Below the pieces are notes generated by a model. That model saw only the letters and a program-made list of their open reading frames with translations, did not search any database and was not told the DNA's origin. DNA of 64,000 nucleotides from Eledone cirrhosa (Eukaryota). The stretch spans positions 15,190,001-15,254,000 of the forward strand of contig OZ024762.1 of the NCBI GenBank assembly GCA_964016885.1, given 5' to 3'. Positions 37,615 to 52,417 of the stretch are shown piece after piece. Made by a program: the position numbers and the translations under genes. The stretch's first letter is position 1, and every line of letters starts with the position of its first letter.

Positions 37615-39264
37615 ATGCAAATAGACTTAGAATGGAAAACATTCAGACAGAGAAGAATGGATAATGGGAATGTAGAAGAATTTCATATTAGTGATATGAA
37701 TGTTTCGTGTGATCACTGTGGAGCTTTGAAATTTAGAAATGAAAATTGTAACTGTTGTAATAAAGGAAAGGTTGTGTTGCCTTCATTGCAAATATACCCT
37801 GAGAGACTGAGAAATCTCTTTGAAAGAGGCCAGGAAGCAGTTGATTTCACAGAAGCATCTGCAATTAAAACTACATTCATTTCACTTCATTTGGTGTTAA
37901 ACTTGCCTTACCACCCGGCAGAGGCCCGTATAGCTTTCATATTCAGGGTCAAACATATCACTACACCCCCACTTCTGTAACCTGCAGAAAATACACCACA
38001 ATATGGCCAGTTATATATTATTGATGGGAATGAAGGTGTGTAGCACAGATTGGAAGTACCACCAAATAATTGTTTCTGGCATAAGGCCAGCAATTACTGG
38101 TACTTTATTCTATCGACCTCATAAGGATGAAAACAAAGTCAACCTTGGAGGGATTTGAACCCAGAACGCAAAGGGCCATAACCCTATGCTGTAAAGCATG
38201 GTGTCTGACGCTCTACCGATACTGCCAATCCACTGCCCTAGTACCAACAAATAATGACTGTTCACCACAAAAAATGACTATGATAAGAGAGGTGTTGCAT
38301 GAATGTAATCCATATGTCGAAGTGTATAATACAATGCATGGCATCAAACAGCAAAGTGCAAGAAGAGAAAATTGTCGTGTACAGAACTGTGAATTAAGAT
38401 ATAGAAGACGATCAGATATGAGCTGCTATAATTTACCAACTAGTAATGATAGATCTTGTTTTGTGGGGGATTGAGGGCACACCACCTGTACAAAGAGATA
38501 TTATCATCTATCCTAAAGACCATCCTCCTCAGAAAATACCACATAATTCATGCCACTTGGACCTCACGACCGACCCATAATGGTTAATTTTAGTGGCATA
38601 GTGACATGGAGAGGAATGCAGGACCTGTGTTTGCAATAGACTGACAATGCAGGAGTATTACATATACTGTATAGCATATAGAGGAGGATTTAGTGCGATA
38701 TATAGGGCAGGTAAATTATTTTAGCAGTATTTAGTGGAAGCCTATATGAAAGTAGAGGGATGCAGGCTTCAATATTTGAGGAACAATCAAGCCCAATTGT
38801 GAGTGGATGAGTATAATGGTTTAATGAATTATCTAAACAGATGATAACACTGAGCCTTAAGAAATGAAGACAAGATAAGAAACAGAGAAGACATTGACAA
38901 ACTCCAATTAAAAGCAGGATCAATAATAATGCTTCTATGGAATATTTCAATCCAGAACAGATTATGTAATGGCACAAGATTAGAAGTAGTGGAACTGCAT
39001 AAACATTTTATCGAAGCTTCTCATATCTATGGTCCTTTGATGGGCAGGTGTGTTTTGATCCCAAGACTGAAGTTAGCCCCCAGTGGTGCCAACATCCCTT
39101 TTACTTTGGAAAGACCCCAGTTTCCATTAAGACTGTCATATGCCATGACAATCAACAAGAACCATGGTCAAATACATGATAAAGTGGGTCTGTTTCTCCC
39201 TGAGCAAGTATTTAACCCTGGAGAATTGTATGTTGCTTTTTCAAGAATTCACAGACAGATGTAA
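37615..39264 (+). mobile_element. Helitron RepHel remnant (units 4/5)
   Basis: ORFs 37615..37980, 38127..38474 and 38929..39264. Confidence 0.85.
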
Positions 39265-40023
39265 AAATTAATCCTACCAACCCCACCACTCCTACAACTG
39301 TTAGCCCACCCCCAGCACCACCCAACCTCTGTTCTAGTCCCACCGTTAGAACCAATGCTGCTTACCCAGCCTCTTTTACTAGTTCACTCACTCCGTCGCT
39401 CGAATTTCAAAGCTGGCCCTCTACACTTGGTCGTTGCCAGGTCACCACCTGATTGTGCTCTCTGTGTCTGCATTAGCCGGTACCTAAACACAATGAAATG
39501 TCACCTGTGCTACCAAAACTACCACAGGAACTGTGTCGGCATCAGCAAGGCTTCAATACTAGACCTTTAATCAGGGCCACTTTAGCTCCGACGACCAGCT
39601 CTCTACCGAGTGTGTGTTGGTGGAGTGGACATGAGACCAGCAAAGTCGTAGGAGTAGAGACTAGTAAATAATATACGGTCCTAGCTATGTTAAGAATATA
39701 TATAAGAAACATGTTCTTTACATTTAAGAAGACAAGAGAAATAAATATTTACCTCTTTCATGTAGGTAATATAGCGGTGTTATAAAACTAATTATACGAC
39801 CGGTGTAACAGTCGGTATAAATGAAAGATGTAGAAATAAAAGTTTGAACAATGACATGAATAAAGATACAGTAATTTAATATGAGCAAGAATAAATATTT
39901 AATGGAATTAAATGTAATTTAATAAGAAATAAGTAAAAGAGTGAATTGCTTAGGTAAAAGAAAAAAGCAAAATGAAGAAACAGAAAATTTGGTTTGTCTT
40001 TATAAACCTTATTTAGACTAATT

Positions 40024-40602
40024 AATCGGGCTGGAAGAAGTTTATGGAGCTGCTTCCTCTCGTGACAAAGAAGGGTTTCTCCCTGCGTACAAAAGGTAGG
40101 TTGTTTGATGCCTGTGTGAGATGCACAATGTTGCATGGTAGTGAGACATGGGCAGCAACTGCAGAGGATATGCGAAGGCTGGAGAGAAATGAAGCAAACA
40201 TGCTCCATTGGATGTGCAATGTCAATGTGCGTGAAAGACCAAGCATGGACGAGTTGAGAGTGAAACTCTATAAGAAGGATAGACTGTAGTGTGCGGGAGA
40301 GAAGACTGTGTTGGTATGGCCATGCGATGCGTATGCAGGATTACCGCAGGGTGAAGAAGTGCCAAGTAATCCCAGTGGGAGGAAGACGCAGTAGAGGAAG
40401 ACCAAGCAAGATATGGGCAGAGGTAGTGAGAGCTGACCTCAGATCGTTGAAGCTCAGAGGAGATGATGAAGGAGAGATGCTGCGCTGAAGAGGATCTGTC
40501 CCACCCTTATAAGCAGGGAAAAGTGGATGTATAATGATGATGATATATATATGTCCCACCCTTGCAAAAAGGAAAAAGCAGACGTAAAATGAAAATGCTG
40601 AT
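40024..40602 (+). mobile_element. RTE 3' fragment (unit 5)
   Basis: ORFs 40044..40289 and 40291..40488. Confidence 0.88.
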
Positions 40603-41579
40603 ATATATAGATAGATATGTATATATATATATATATACTTATACGTCATGGTGGCTACAGGTGCCAAGAGGAAGAAGCCGGACAATCTTCTGATATTTGT
40701 TTATCTTCCTTTCCTTCGTGGGCCGCGGTAGCCGGGTTTGTGGCCGAAGCAACCAAGTTGAAATCGGCCACCGGTGGTTGATATCACCAGATTAGGAAAC
40801 CCTGGTTTAGTAGCTCCAGTTATTACTTCGTTAGATATAGTCCGTAATTGAAATTAAAGCCTAAAGGTGTACTAAAGCCACAAACGTTTTTCTATCTATG
40901 AATTATTAGTGGTGTAAACAGATGAATTAAAGTCAAAGCTAATAAATATATCACCAAGAAGAATATCTAAGGATTTCCAAAGTGTAAAGTCAGCTCAAGC
41001 CTGGAGACTTATCAAGCAGGTGCCTGTCCCAGTTCCTGTAGCGTAAAGGGACTGAGAGTACATGACTTCCCCCTGGACATGATGTCAGTCCATCGCAGGG
41101 TTAACACCCCACCTATATGAAATGAAGTTTTTGCTCAAGTAAAACAACTAACAACGCAGTCCAGGAATCGAATACACATATGATCGTAAGACCAACACAC
41201 TTACCACAAGAATTATTTTAACAATCCTACATCCTACTGAGCCCAAGAAAGGGGCCTCATAACTAGAACAGGCATCATTTGTCCTAAATACGGAGCTGAC
41301 TTTACATATAATTATATATATATATATAATTATATATATATATATATAGTATGTGTGTGTGTGTATGAAGATGTATTACCCCCTAGCAAGCCAAACTACA
41401 GTTACTCCCCAACATAGACAGAAAATTAAAATATTACCTGTTAGAGACGAACGTGAAATGATTTGTTAGTGAACTACCGGTGTAACAGTAATTATGTTAC
41501 CGGTGTAACTATTTCTGTTTACCTTATTTTTAAATCACACTCCTATATTAGTTTAGTGACCTTTCAATTCAAATAAATT

Positions 41580-42004
41580 CTTGATGATGAGTGAACTCGC
41601 ATCGGAGTAGCCCAACGCCTTGGCCTCCGCGTGTGTGAGCCACATAAATGGTCTCAACGACATAGTGAGAAGAAGCCTGGACGCAGCTGAATTTCCATCT
41701 CAACTGGAGCCAGCAGGCCTAGGCCGCGGAGATGGCAAGCACCCCGAGGGAATCACCCTCTTCCCATTCGAAGGAGGTAGATCCACAAACCCCAGCATCG
41801 CAGCCCGTCTCGCAGATGAACATAAAATAAACAAATTCCGGTGTTTGTCCTGGAGCTTCTTCTACGCACCAGCCGCTGTCGAGACCCCCAGGCCTACTTG
41901 GACCCATTACAGCCGAGCTCCTCCGCAACATCGGAGTGTCTGTGGCCCGTCTGAAGATGAAGTCCCACGAGGTTGGATGGTTGTTGCAGCAGGTGTCACT
42001 GCCA
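41580..42004 (+). mobile_element. CRE-like RLE fragment (unit 5)
   Basis: ORF 41620..42057. Confidence 0.78.
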
Positions 42005-42224
42005 TTACATATATATACGTAAATGTTCCCTTGACTGCTATTTCTAGCATATATTAATAGACACTTTAGAAACAGCAGCTAAAAATCAGGAAACAACAGT
42101 GGGTGTCTGTATATATATACACAGAGAGAAAAAGAGAGAGAGAGAGAGATAGAGTGAGAGCAGCCAAAGACACACACACACGCACATACACACAGGTGTA
42201 TGTATATATATGTGTGTGTCTTTG

Positions 42225-42316
<92 letters not shown>

Positions 42317-42433
42317 CAGTGATCCCCTTCGCAACCTTTAATTAAACAAACCTGCGACGAGGCGATGATCAAAATAACCAGCAAAATGTCAACAAACGGA
42401 TACACGATAACATGTGTAGACGAAGTAAAACTT

Positions 42434-43033
42434 TTATTACTGTAATATAAAGTAGAAACCCTTTATTTAAACAAAGCTGCGATGCAGCGATGATCAAAAG
42501 AAACTTCAAAATGTAAACAAACTTCTCGTAGGTGCTGCCAGATACACGATAACATGTGTATACGAAGTGTATCTGGAAGTTTGGTCGTATTATATCGCTT
42601 TCAAATTGACCCCTATTATATTCAAATTATCCCCTGTGGGGCGTGCACCCCACGTTGAGAATCGCTCATAAATAAATATATGTGAGTGTGTTGCTATGAC
42701 TGCTATTTCTAGCAGGTTTACTGCTGTCCTGTAGACGCACAACGAAAACCGGAAGTGGCAGCCATTAAAAAACTTTGGCTTAAAATCCGGCAAAAGTTTT
42801 TTAACAATTTGCCAAGAAAGATAACTCTTGTCTTACTTAATCGCAAAAATCGAGGCAAAAATGTTGCTGGTGTGCAGTTTGTTTGGTGTATTTGACTGCT
42901 ATTTCTAGCATGTATGGACGCTTTAGAAATGGCAGCGAAACACGGAAAACAGCAGAAAGAAGGACACACACCTATATATATATATATATATAGGTGTGTG
43001 TCCTTCTTTCTGCTGTATATATGTGTGTGTGTA

Positions 43034-43109
<76 letters not shown>

Positions 43110-43206
43110 CCAGGTATACACTCACCCATACATATATATACGCGTGTATATATATATAAATATATATATTTAAATATATATATATCTGTGCATATATGTA
43201 TATGTA

Positions 43207-43244
<38 letters not shown>

Positions 43245-43815
43245 TACATAATTATATATATATATACGTGTGTTTCCTTCTTTCTGTTGTTGTCCGTGTT
43301 TCGCTGCTATTTCTAAAGCGTCCATACATGCTAGAAATAGCAGTCGAATACACCAAACAAACTGCACACCCGCAAAATTTTTGCCTCGATTTTTGCGATT
43401 AAGTAAGACAACAGTTATCTTTCTTGGCAAAACAGCCTGGTTTGTTAAAAAAATTTTGCCTGATTTTAAGCCAAAGTTTTTTAATGGCTGCCACTTCCGG
43501 TTTTCGTTGTGCGTCTACAGGACAGCAGTAAACCTGCTAGAAATAGCAGTCATAGCAACACACTCACATATATTTATTTATGAGGAATTCTCAACGTGGG
43601 GTGAACGCCCCACAGGGGATAATTTGAATATAATAGGGGTCAATTTGAAAGTGATATAATACGACCAAACTTCCAGATACACTTCGTATACACATGTTAT
43701 CGTGTATCTGGCAGCACCTGCGAGAAGTTTGTTTACATTTTGGGGTTTGCTTTGATCATCGCTGCATCGCAGCTTTGTTTAAATAAAGGGTTTCTACTTT
43801 ATATTACAGTCATAA
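42434..43815. repeat. Long inverted repeat (unit 5), arms nearly colinear
   Basis: The right arm has one ~206 bp module instead of two modules. Confidence 0.95.
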
Positions 43816-44006
43816 CACTTTTACAAGACTCGGATTGTTTTTATATTAAAGGGGGGACATAAACATATTTTAAATGTCGAGGTGGGGCATGGTGCAGAGA
43901 AGGTTTTAAACCACTGATATATATTTATTTATGCCCTTCTTTCTGTTGTTTTTTAAACTCTGAACTCAGTATTTTTCTGTTGTTCTCCGGGATTCTAGCA
44001 AAGTAT

Positions 44007-44042
<36 letters not shown>

Positions 44043-45938
44043 GTCAACCTCAGACTCGAAAAAGCCGTTGCTAATCGTGATCGTTGAGGTTATAATTAGA
44101 CTAAAGTGCTTCCACTGGGCACCATTAGCTGGTTGTGATAATTGGAGAATTCTTTCTGCGCTGAAAGAGCCTAGGACTAAAAGATATATATATAGATGTC
44201 GAAACGGCAGTAGCACAGCCGTTGGGGTCCTGAATATTTTCACATCTATATATATGTGTGTATTCTGCGATATTTATAATTACATAAGTAAACATATTTG
44301 AATAACAAAATTTGAGGTTTAAATACTTTATTTTTTACCAATAACATACAGAAAGGCATGAATAACACCACATGTTAATTACTTTAATATTGAAAGTAGG
44401 CTTATAAATATTAAATTCAGCAGATTTTTGTAGCCTTCATGGTGGTCTGGTGGGTGATACCAGAGATGGTGGAGGTCCTGGTCTCGGGTTCAATACTGTT
44501 CATGGGTTACATGTAAGGTTTCATGCTTTTTTATATATATCCTCTTTTCTTCTTATCCCTAGATATAAATATATATACATAAGGTAATTTGGTAGAATTG
44601 TTACAACATCCGATAAAATTCTTTGCAGTATTTTTCCAGTTCTTTACTCCGAGTTCAACTTTACCTTTCTTCCATTCGGTGTCGATAAGTCTTGAATATG
44701 TCTAACGTAGCAACAACTGGAGCCAGTTAACCAAGTTTTCCCAACCTAGTTGATATCACCTATCGGTTGGCGATTTAAACTGTTGGCTGGGACAATGACC
44801 AACTAATCAGTCAGATTCCAACTCACTATGTCTGGCATATATTTTATACTTTATATTTCAATGAAGTTCTGTAAGTAACCTGGTGGCTTAGATGGCAATA
44901 CTGCTCGAATAGATGGCTTCTATTATGAAGTTATAAGTTCATTCCCTATCCACGATTGTAGAATTAATTTTATTTAGTTATTATTTAATCAATTCTTTTA
45001 ACAAACAAATTATATCTATAAAACGCCAAATATAGTGAGTTCAAATCTGACTGACATGCATGGTATATATTTATGTTTCATTATACAGCGAACTTATAAA
45101 GATATGTATATATTGTCCAGGAGTTTCGAGTTTAGTGGGAATTGGTACAATTTTCAATTGGAGCTAGTCCCTGCAAGATCAGCATAAATAATGTTATACC
45201 GTTTCATGAAATCTTGCACACCCGATATTTTATACATGATTATTTAAAGGTGAACAAAAACCAAAGAACATTGAGCAGCATTTCTCAACCTTTCTACCCA
45301 TGTTGATCTCTTGAAATAGTTTTTATGTCTCAGGGAAGCCCTGCATAAAATATACTTTTTCTATCTCTAGAGCAGTGGTTCCCAAATCGTGTGCTGCGAG
45401 ATGAAACTAGATGAGCTGCAAAAGACTAAGATTAAGTTTTAAGATGTGAAAAATATAAAACTGAAATTTCATATAAAAGTTCAAATATAGCTACAGCCAC
45501 AAACCTAGGCTCCACACCCCGCAACGCAGAGGAGAGTACAACAGTACCGAGGCCTGACTCACCTCTTCCACTCCATTGAGCCCTCTGCCATACTTGGTCC
45601 CCGTACTGCTGATTTCCTCCATAAAGTCGGGAGGAAAGACGGCAGGTGCGACTATTGTAGCAGGTGTTTCTGTTCTTGCTCCGAGGTAACGCTTTTACGT
45701 TTCTTCCACGGGTTGCGGCTGAGGGACCACTTAGACTGGGGTGAAGTGTCTGTCACTCCCCCGACTTCTTATTTCTTTTTTTTCTCCTTTTCATTTTTTT
45801 TTCTCTTCTTGCTTATCTCTGCTATACCACGGCATCAAAAACATATATGATATATGTATGTATGGTATAGGTGTATTTATATTGAGGATAGTTATCGAAG
45901 GTAAATAGACTGGTTGGAGCAATAACAGTTTGTTTATG

Positions 45939-45976
<38 letters not shown>

Positions 45977-46077
45977 TGTTCTTGTATTTCCATAGAAAAG
46001 GTAAAGAAAAGAAGAATGCTCTATGTATTGTACAGAGCTATTTAATTACATAATAAACAACTGAATATAATTATTCC

Positions 46078-47724
46078 ATGCAAATAGACTTAGAATGGAA
46101 AACATTCAGACAGAGAAGAATGGATAATGGGAATGTAGAAGAATTTCATATTAGTGATATGAATGTTTCGTGTGATCACTGTGGAGCTTTGAAATTTAGA
46201 AATGAAAATTGTAACTGTTGTAATAAAGGAAAGGGTGTGTTGCCTCCATTGCAAATATATCCTGAGAGACTGAGAAATCTCTTTGAAAGAGACCAGGAAG
46301 CAGTTGATTTCCAGAAACATCTGCAATTAAAACTACATTCATTTCACTTCATTTGGTGTTAAACTTGCCTTACCACCCGGCAGAGGCCCGTATAGCTTTC
46401 ATATTCAGGGTCAAACATATCACTACACCCCCACTTCTGTAACCTGCAGAAAATACACCACAATATGGCCAGTTATATATTATTGATGGGAATGAAGGTG
46501 TGTAGCACAGATTGGAAGTACCACCAAATAATTGTTTCTGGCATAAGGCCAGCAATTACTGGTACTTTATTCTATCGACCTCATAAGGATGAAAACAAAG
46601 TCAACCTTGGAGGGATTTGAACCCAGAACGTAAAGGGCCATAACCCTATGCTGTAAAGCATGGTGTCTGACGCTCTACCGATACTGCCAATCCACCACCC
46701 TAGTACCAACAAATAATGACTGCTCACCACAAAAAATACTATGATAAGAGAGGTGTTGCATGAATGTAATCCATATGTCGAAGTGTATAATACAATGCAT
46801 GGCATCAAACAGCAAAGTGCAAGAAGAGAAAATTGTCGTGTACAGACTGTGAATTAAGATATAGAAGACGATCAGATATGAGCTGCTATAATTTACCAAC
46901 TAGTAATGATAGATCTTGTTTTGTGGGGGATTGAGGGCACACCACATGTACAAAGAGATATTATCATCTTTCCTAAAGACCATACTCCTCAGAAAATACC
47001 ACATAATTCATGCCACTTGGACCTCACGACCGACCCATAATGGTTAATTTTAGTGGCATAGTGACATGGAGAGGAATGCAGGACCTGTGTTTGCAATAGA
47101 CTGACAATGCAGGAGTATTACATATACTGTATAGCATATAGAGGAGGATTTAGTGCGATATATAGGGCAGGTAAATTATTTTAGCAGTATTTAGTGGAAG
47201 CCTATATGAAAGTAGAGGGATGCAGGCTTCAATATTTGAGGAACAATCAAGCCCAATTGTGAGTGGATGAGTATAATGGTTTAATGAATTATCTAAACAG
47301 ATGATAACACTGAGCCTTAAGAAATGAAGACAAGATAAGAAACAGAGAAGACATTGACAAACTCCAATTAAAAGCAGGATCAATAATAATGCTTCTATGG
47401 AATATTTCAATCCAGAACAGATTATGTAATGGCACAAGATTAGAAGTAGTGGAACTGCATAAACATTTTATCGACGCTTCTCATATCTATGGTCCTTTGA
47501 TGGGCAGGTGTGTTTTGATCCCAAGACTGAAGTTAGCCCCCAGTGGTGCCAACATCCCTTTTACTTTGGAAAGACCCCAGTTTCCATTAAGACTGTCATA
47601 TGCCATGACAATCAACAAGAACCATGGTCAAATACATGATAAAGTGGGTCTGTTTCTCCCTGAGCAAGTATTTAACCCTGGACAATTGTATGTTGCTTTT
47701 TAAAGAGTTCACAGACAAATGTAA
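46078..47724 (+). mobile_element. Helitron RepHel remnant (units 5/6) with an extra premature stop
   Basis: ORFs 46078..46362 and 47389..47703 (ends YVAF*). Confidence 0.85.
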
Positions 47725-48483
47725 AAATTAATCCTACCAACCCCACCACTCCTACAACTGTTAGCCCACCCCCAGCACCACCCAACCTCTGTTCTAGTCC
47801 CACCGTTAGAACCAATTCTGCTTACCCAGCTTCTTTTACTAGTTCACTCACTCCGTCGCTCGAATTTCAAAGCTGGCCCTCTACACTTGGTCGTTGCCAG
47901 GTCACCACCTGATTGTGCTCTCTGTGTCTGCATTAGCCGGTACCTAAACACAATGAAATGTCACCTGTGCTACCAAAACTACCACAGGAACTGTGTCGGC
48001 ATCAGCAAGGCTTCAATACTAGACCTTTAATCAGCGCCACTTTAGCTCCGACGACCAGCTCTCTACCGAGTGTGTGTTGGTGGAGGGGACATGAGACCAG
48101 CAAAGTCGTAGGAGTAGAGACTAGTAAATAATATACGGTCCTAGCTATGTTAAGAATATATATAAGAAACATGTTCTTTACATTTAAGAAGACAAGAGAA
48201 ATAAATATTTACCTCTTTCATGTAGGTAATATAGCGGTGTTATAAAACTAATTATACAATCGGTGTAACAGTCGGTATAAATGAAAGATGTAGAAATAAA
48301 AGTTTTAACAATGACATGAATAAAGATACAGTAATTTAATATGAGCAAGAATAAATATTTAATGGAATTAAATGTAATTTAATAAGAAATAAGTAAAAGA
48401 ATGAATTGCTTAGGTAAAAGAAAAAAGCAAAATGAAGAAACAGAAAATTTGGTTTGTCTTTATAAACCTTATTTAGACTAATT

Positions 48484-49062
48484 AATCGGGCTGGAAGAAG
48501 TTTATGGAGCTGCTTCCTCTCGTGACAAAGAAGGGTTTCTCCCTGCGTACAAAAGGTTGGTTGTTTGATGCCTGTGTGAGATGCACAATGTTGCATGGTA
48601 GTGAGACATGGGCAGCAACTGCAGAGGATATGCGAAGGCTGGAGAGAAATGAAGCAAACATGCTCCATTGGATGTGCAATGTCAATGTGCGTGAAAGACC
48701 AAGCATGGACGAGTTGAGAGTGAAACTCTATAAGAAGGATAAACTGTAGTGTGCGGGAGAGAAGACTGTGTTAGTATGGCCATGCGATGCGTATGCAGGA
48801 TTACCGCAGGGTGAAGAAGTGCCAAGTAATCCCAGTGGGAGGAAGACGCAGTAGAGGAAGACCAAGCAAGATATGGGCAGAGGTAGTGAGAGCTGACCTC
48901 AGATCGTTGAAGCTCAGAGGAGATGATGAAGGAGAGATGCTGCGCTGAAGAGGATCTGTCCCACCCTTATAAGCAGGGAAAAGTGGATGTATAATGATGA
49001 TGATATATATATGTCCCACCCTTGCAAAAAGGAAAAAGCAGACGTAAAATGAAAATGCTGAT
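48484..49062 (+). mobile_element. RTE 3' fragment (unit 6)
   Basis: ORF 48504..48749 and downstream copy. Confidence 0.88.
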
Positions 49063-50035
49063 ATATATAGATAGATATGTATATATATATATATATACTT
49101 ATACGTCATGGTGGCTACAGGTGCCAAGAGGAAGAAGCCGGACAATCCTCTGATATTTGTTTATCTTCCTTTCCTTCGTGGGCCGCGGTAGCCGGGTTTG
49201 TGGCCGAAGCAACCAAGTTGAAATCGGCCACCGGTGGTTGATATCACCAGGTTAGGAAACCCTGGTTTAGTAGCTCCAGTTATTACTTCGTTAGATATAG
49301 TCCGTAATTGAAATTAAAGCCTAAAGGTGTACTAAAGCCACAAACGTTTTTCTATCTATGAATTATTAGTGGTGTAAACAGATGAATTAAAGTCAAAGCT
49401 AATAAATATATCACCAAGAAGAATATCTAAGGATTTCCAAAGTGTAAAGTCAGCTCAAGCCTGGAGACTTATCAAGCAGGTGCCTGTCCCAGTTCCTGTA
49501 GCGTAAAGGGACTGAGAGTACATGACTTCCCCCTGGACATGATGTCAGTCCATCGCAGGGTTAACACCCCACCTATATGAAATGAAGTTTTTGTTCAAGT
49601 AAAACAACTAACAACGCAGTCCAGGAATCGAATACATATATGATCGTAAGACCAACACACTTACCACAAGAATTATTTTAACAAGCCTACATCCTACTGA
49701 GCCCAAGAAAGGGGCCTCATAACTAGAACAGGCATCATTTGTCCTAAATACGGAGCTGACTTTACATATAATTATATATATATATATAATTATATATATA
49801 TATATAGTATGTGTGTGTGTATGAAGATGTATGACCCCCTAGCAAGCCAAACTACAGTTACTCCCCAACATGGACAGCAAATTAAAATATTACCTGTTAG
49901 AGACGAACGTAAAATGATTTGTTAGTGAACTACCGGTGTAACAGTAATTATGTTACCGGTGTAACTATTTCTGTTTACCTTATTTTTAAATCACACTCCT
50001 ATATTAGTTTAGTGACCTTTCAATTCAAATAAATT

Positions 50036-50460
50036 CTTGATGATGAGTGAACTCGCATCGGAGTAGCCCAACGCCTTGGCCTCCGCGTGTGTGAGCCACA
50101 TAAATGGTCTCAACGACATAGTGAGAAGAAGCCTGGACGCAGCTGAATTTCCATCTCAACTGGAGCCAGCAGGCCTAGGCCGCGGAGATGGCAAGCACCC
50201 CGAGGGAATCACCCTCTTCCCATTCGAAGGAGGTAGATCCACAAACCCCAGCATCGCAGCCCGTCTCGCAGATGAACATAAAATAAACAAATTCCGGTGT
50301 TTGTCCTGGAGCTTCTTCTACGCACCAGCCGCTGTCGAGACCCCCAGGCCTACTTGGACCCATTACAGCCGAGCTCCTCCGCAACATCGGAGTGTCTGTG
50401 GCCCGTCTGAAGATGAAGTGCCACGAGGTTGGATGGTTGTTGCAGCAGGTGTCACTGCCC
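50036..50460 (+). mobile_element. CRE-like RLE fragment (unit 6)
   Basis: ORF 50076..50513. Confidence 0.78.
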
Positions 50461-50679
50461 TTACATATATATACGTAAATGTTCCCTTGACTGCTATTTC
50501 TAGCATATATTAATAGACACTTTAGAAACAGCAGCTAAAAATCAGGAAACAACAGTGGGTGTCTGTATATATATACACAGAGAGAAAAAGAGAGAGAGAG
50601 AGATAGAGAGAGCAGCCAAAGACACACACACACGCACATACAGACAGGTGTATGTATATATATGTGTGTGTCTTTGCGT

Positions 50680-50734
<55 letters not shown>

Positions 50735-50851
50735 CAGTGATCCCCTTCGCAACCTTTAATTAAACAAACCTGCGATGAGGCGATGATCAAAATAACCACC
50801 AAAATGTCAACAAACGGATACACGATAACATGTGTAGACGAAGTAAAACTT

Positions 50852-51388
50852 TTATTACTGTAATATAAAGTAGAAACCCTTTATTTAAACAAAGATGCGA
50901 TGCAGCAATGATCAAAAGAAACTTCAAAATGTAAACAAACTTCTCGTAGGTGCTGCCAGATACACGATAACATGTGTATACGAAGTGTATCTGGAAGTTT
51001 GGTCGTATTATATCGCTTTCAAATTGACCCCTATTATATTCAAATTATCCCCTGTGGGGCGTGCACCCCACGTTGAGAATCCCTCATAAATAAATATATG
51101 TGAGTGTGTTGCTATGACTGCTATTTCTAGCAGGTTTACTGCTGTCCTGTAGACGCACAACGAAAACCGGAAGTGGCAGCCATTAAAAAACTTTGGCTTA
51201 AAATCAGGCAAAAGTTTTTTAACAATTTGCCAAGAAAGATAACTGTTGTCTTACTTAATCGCAAAAATCGAGGCAAAAATTTTGCGGGTGTGCAGTCTGT
51301 TTGGTGTATTTGACTGCTATTTCTAGCATGTATGGACGCTTTAGAAATAGCAGCGAAACACGGAAAACAGCAGAAAGAAGGACACACA

Positions 51389-51428
<40 letters not shown>

Positions 51429-51455
51429 TGTGTGTCCTTCTTTCTGCTGCATATA

Positions 51456-51525
<70 letters not shown>

Positions 51526-52417
51526 CCAGGTATACACTCACCCATACATATATATACGCGTGTATATATATATAAATATATATATTTAAATGTATATATA
51601 TCTGTGCATATATGTATATATGTATATATATATATATATATATATACAGATACATAATTATATATATATATACGTGTGTGTCCTTCTTTCTGTTGTTTTC
51701 CCTGTTTCGCTGCTATTTCTAAAGCGTCCATACATGCTAGAAATAGCAGTCGAATACATCAAACATACTGCACACCCGCAAAATTTTTGCCTCGATTTTT
51801 GCGATTAAGTAAGACAAGAGTTATCTTTCTTGGCAAATTGTTAAAAAACTTTTGCCTGATTTTAAGCCAAAGTTTTTTAATGGCTGCCACTTCCGGTTTT
51901 CGTTGTGCGTCTACAGGACAGCAGTAAACCTGCTAGAAATAGCAGTCAAATACACCAAACAAACTGCACACCCGCAAAATTTTTGCCTCGATTTTTGCGA
52001 TTAAGTAAGACAACAGTTATCTTTCTTGGCAAAACAGCCTGGTTTGTTAAAAAAATTTTGCCTGATTTTAAGCCAAAGTTTTTTAATGGCTGCCACTTCC
52101 GGTTTTCGTTGTGCGTCTACAGGACAGCAGTAAACCTGCTAGAAATAGCAGTCATAGCAACACACTCACATATATTTATTTATGAGGGATTCTCAACGTG
52201 GGGTGCACGCCCCACAGGGGATAATTTGAATATAATAGGGGTCAATTTGAAAGTGATATAATACGACCAAACTTCCAGATCCACTTCGTATACACATGTT
52301 ATCGTGTATCTGGCAGCACCTGCGAGAAGTTTGTTTACATTTTGGGGTTTGCTTTGATCATCGCTGCATCGCAGCTTTGTTTAAATAAAGGGTTTCTACT
52401 TTATATTACAGTCATAA
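50852..52417. repeat. Long inverted repeat (unit 6)
   Basis: Same arms as unit 1. Confidence 0.95.

Larger units (their letters stand above)
29941..38486. repeat. Repeat unit 4 (8546 bp)
   Basis: Anchor to anchor. Confidence 0.92.
38487..46946. repeat. Repeat unit 5 (8460 bp; only one ~200 bp module in the right arm)
   Basis: Anchor to anchor. A single fused ORF at 43270..43659 replaces the two ORFs seen in the other units. Confidence 0.92.
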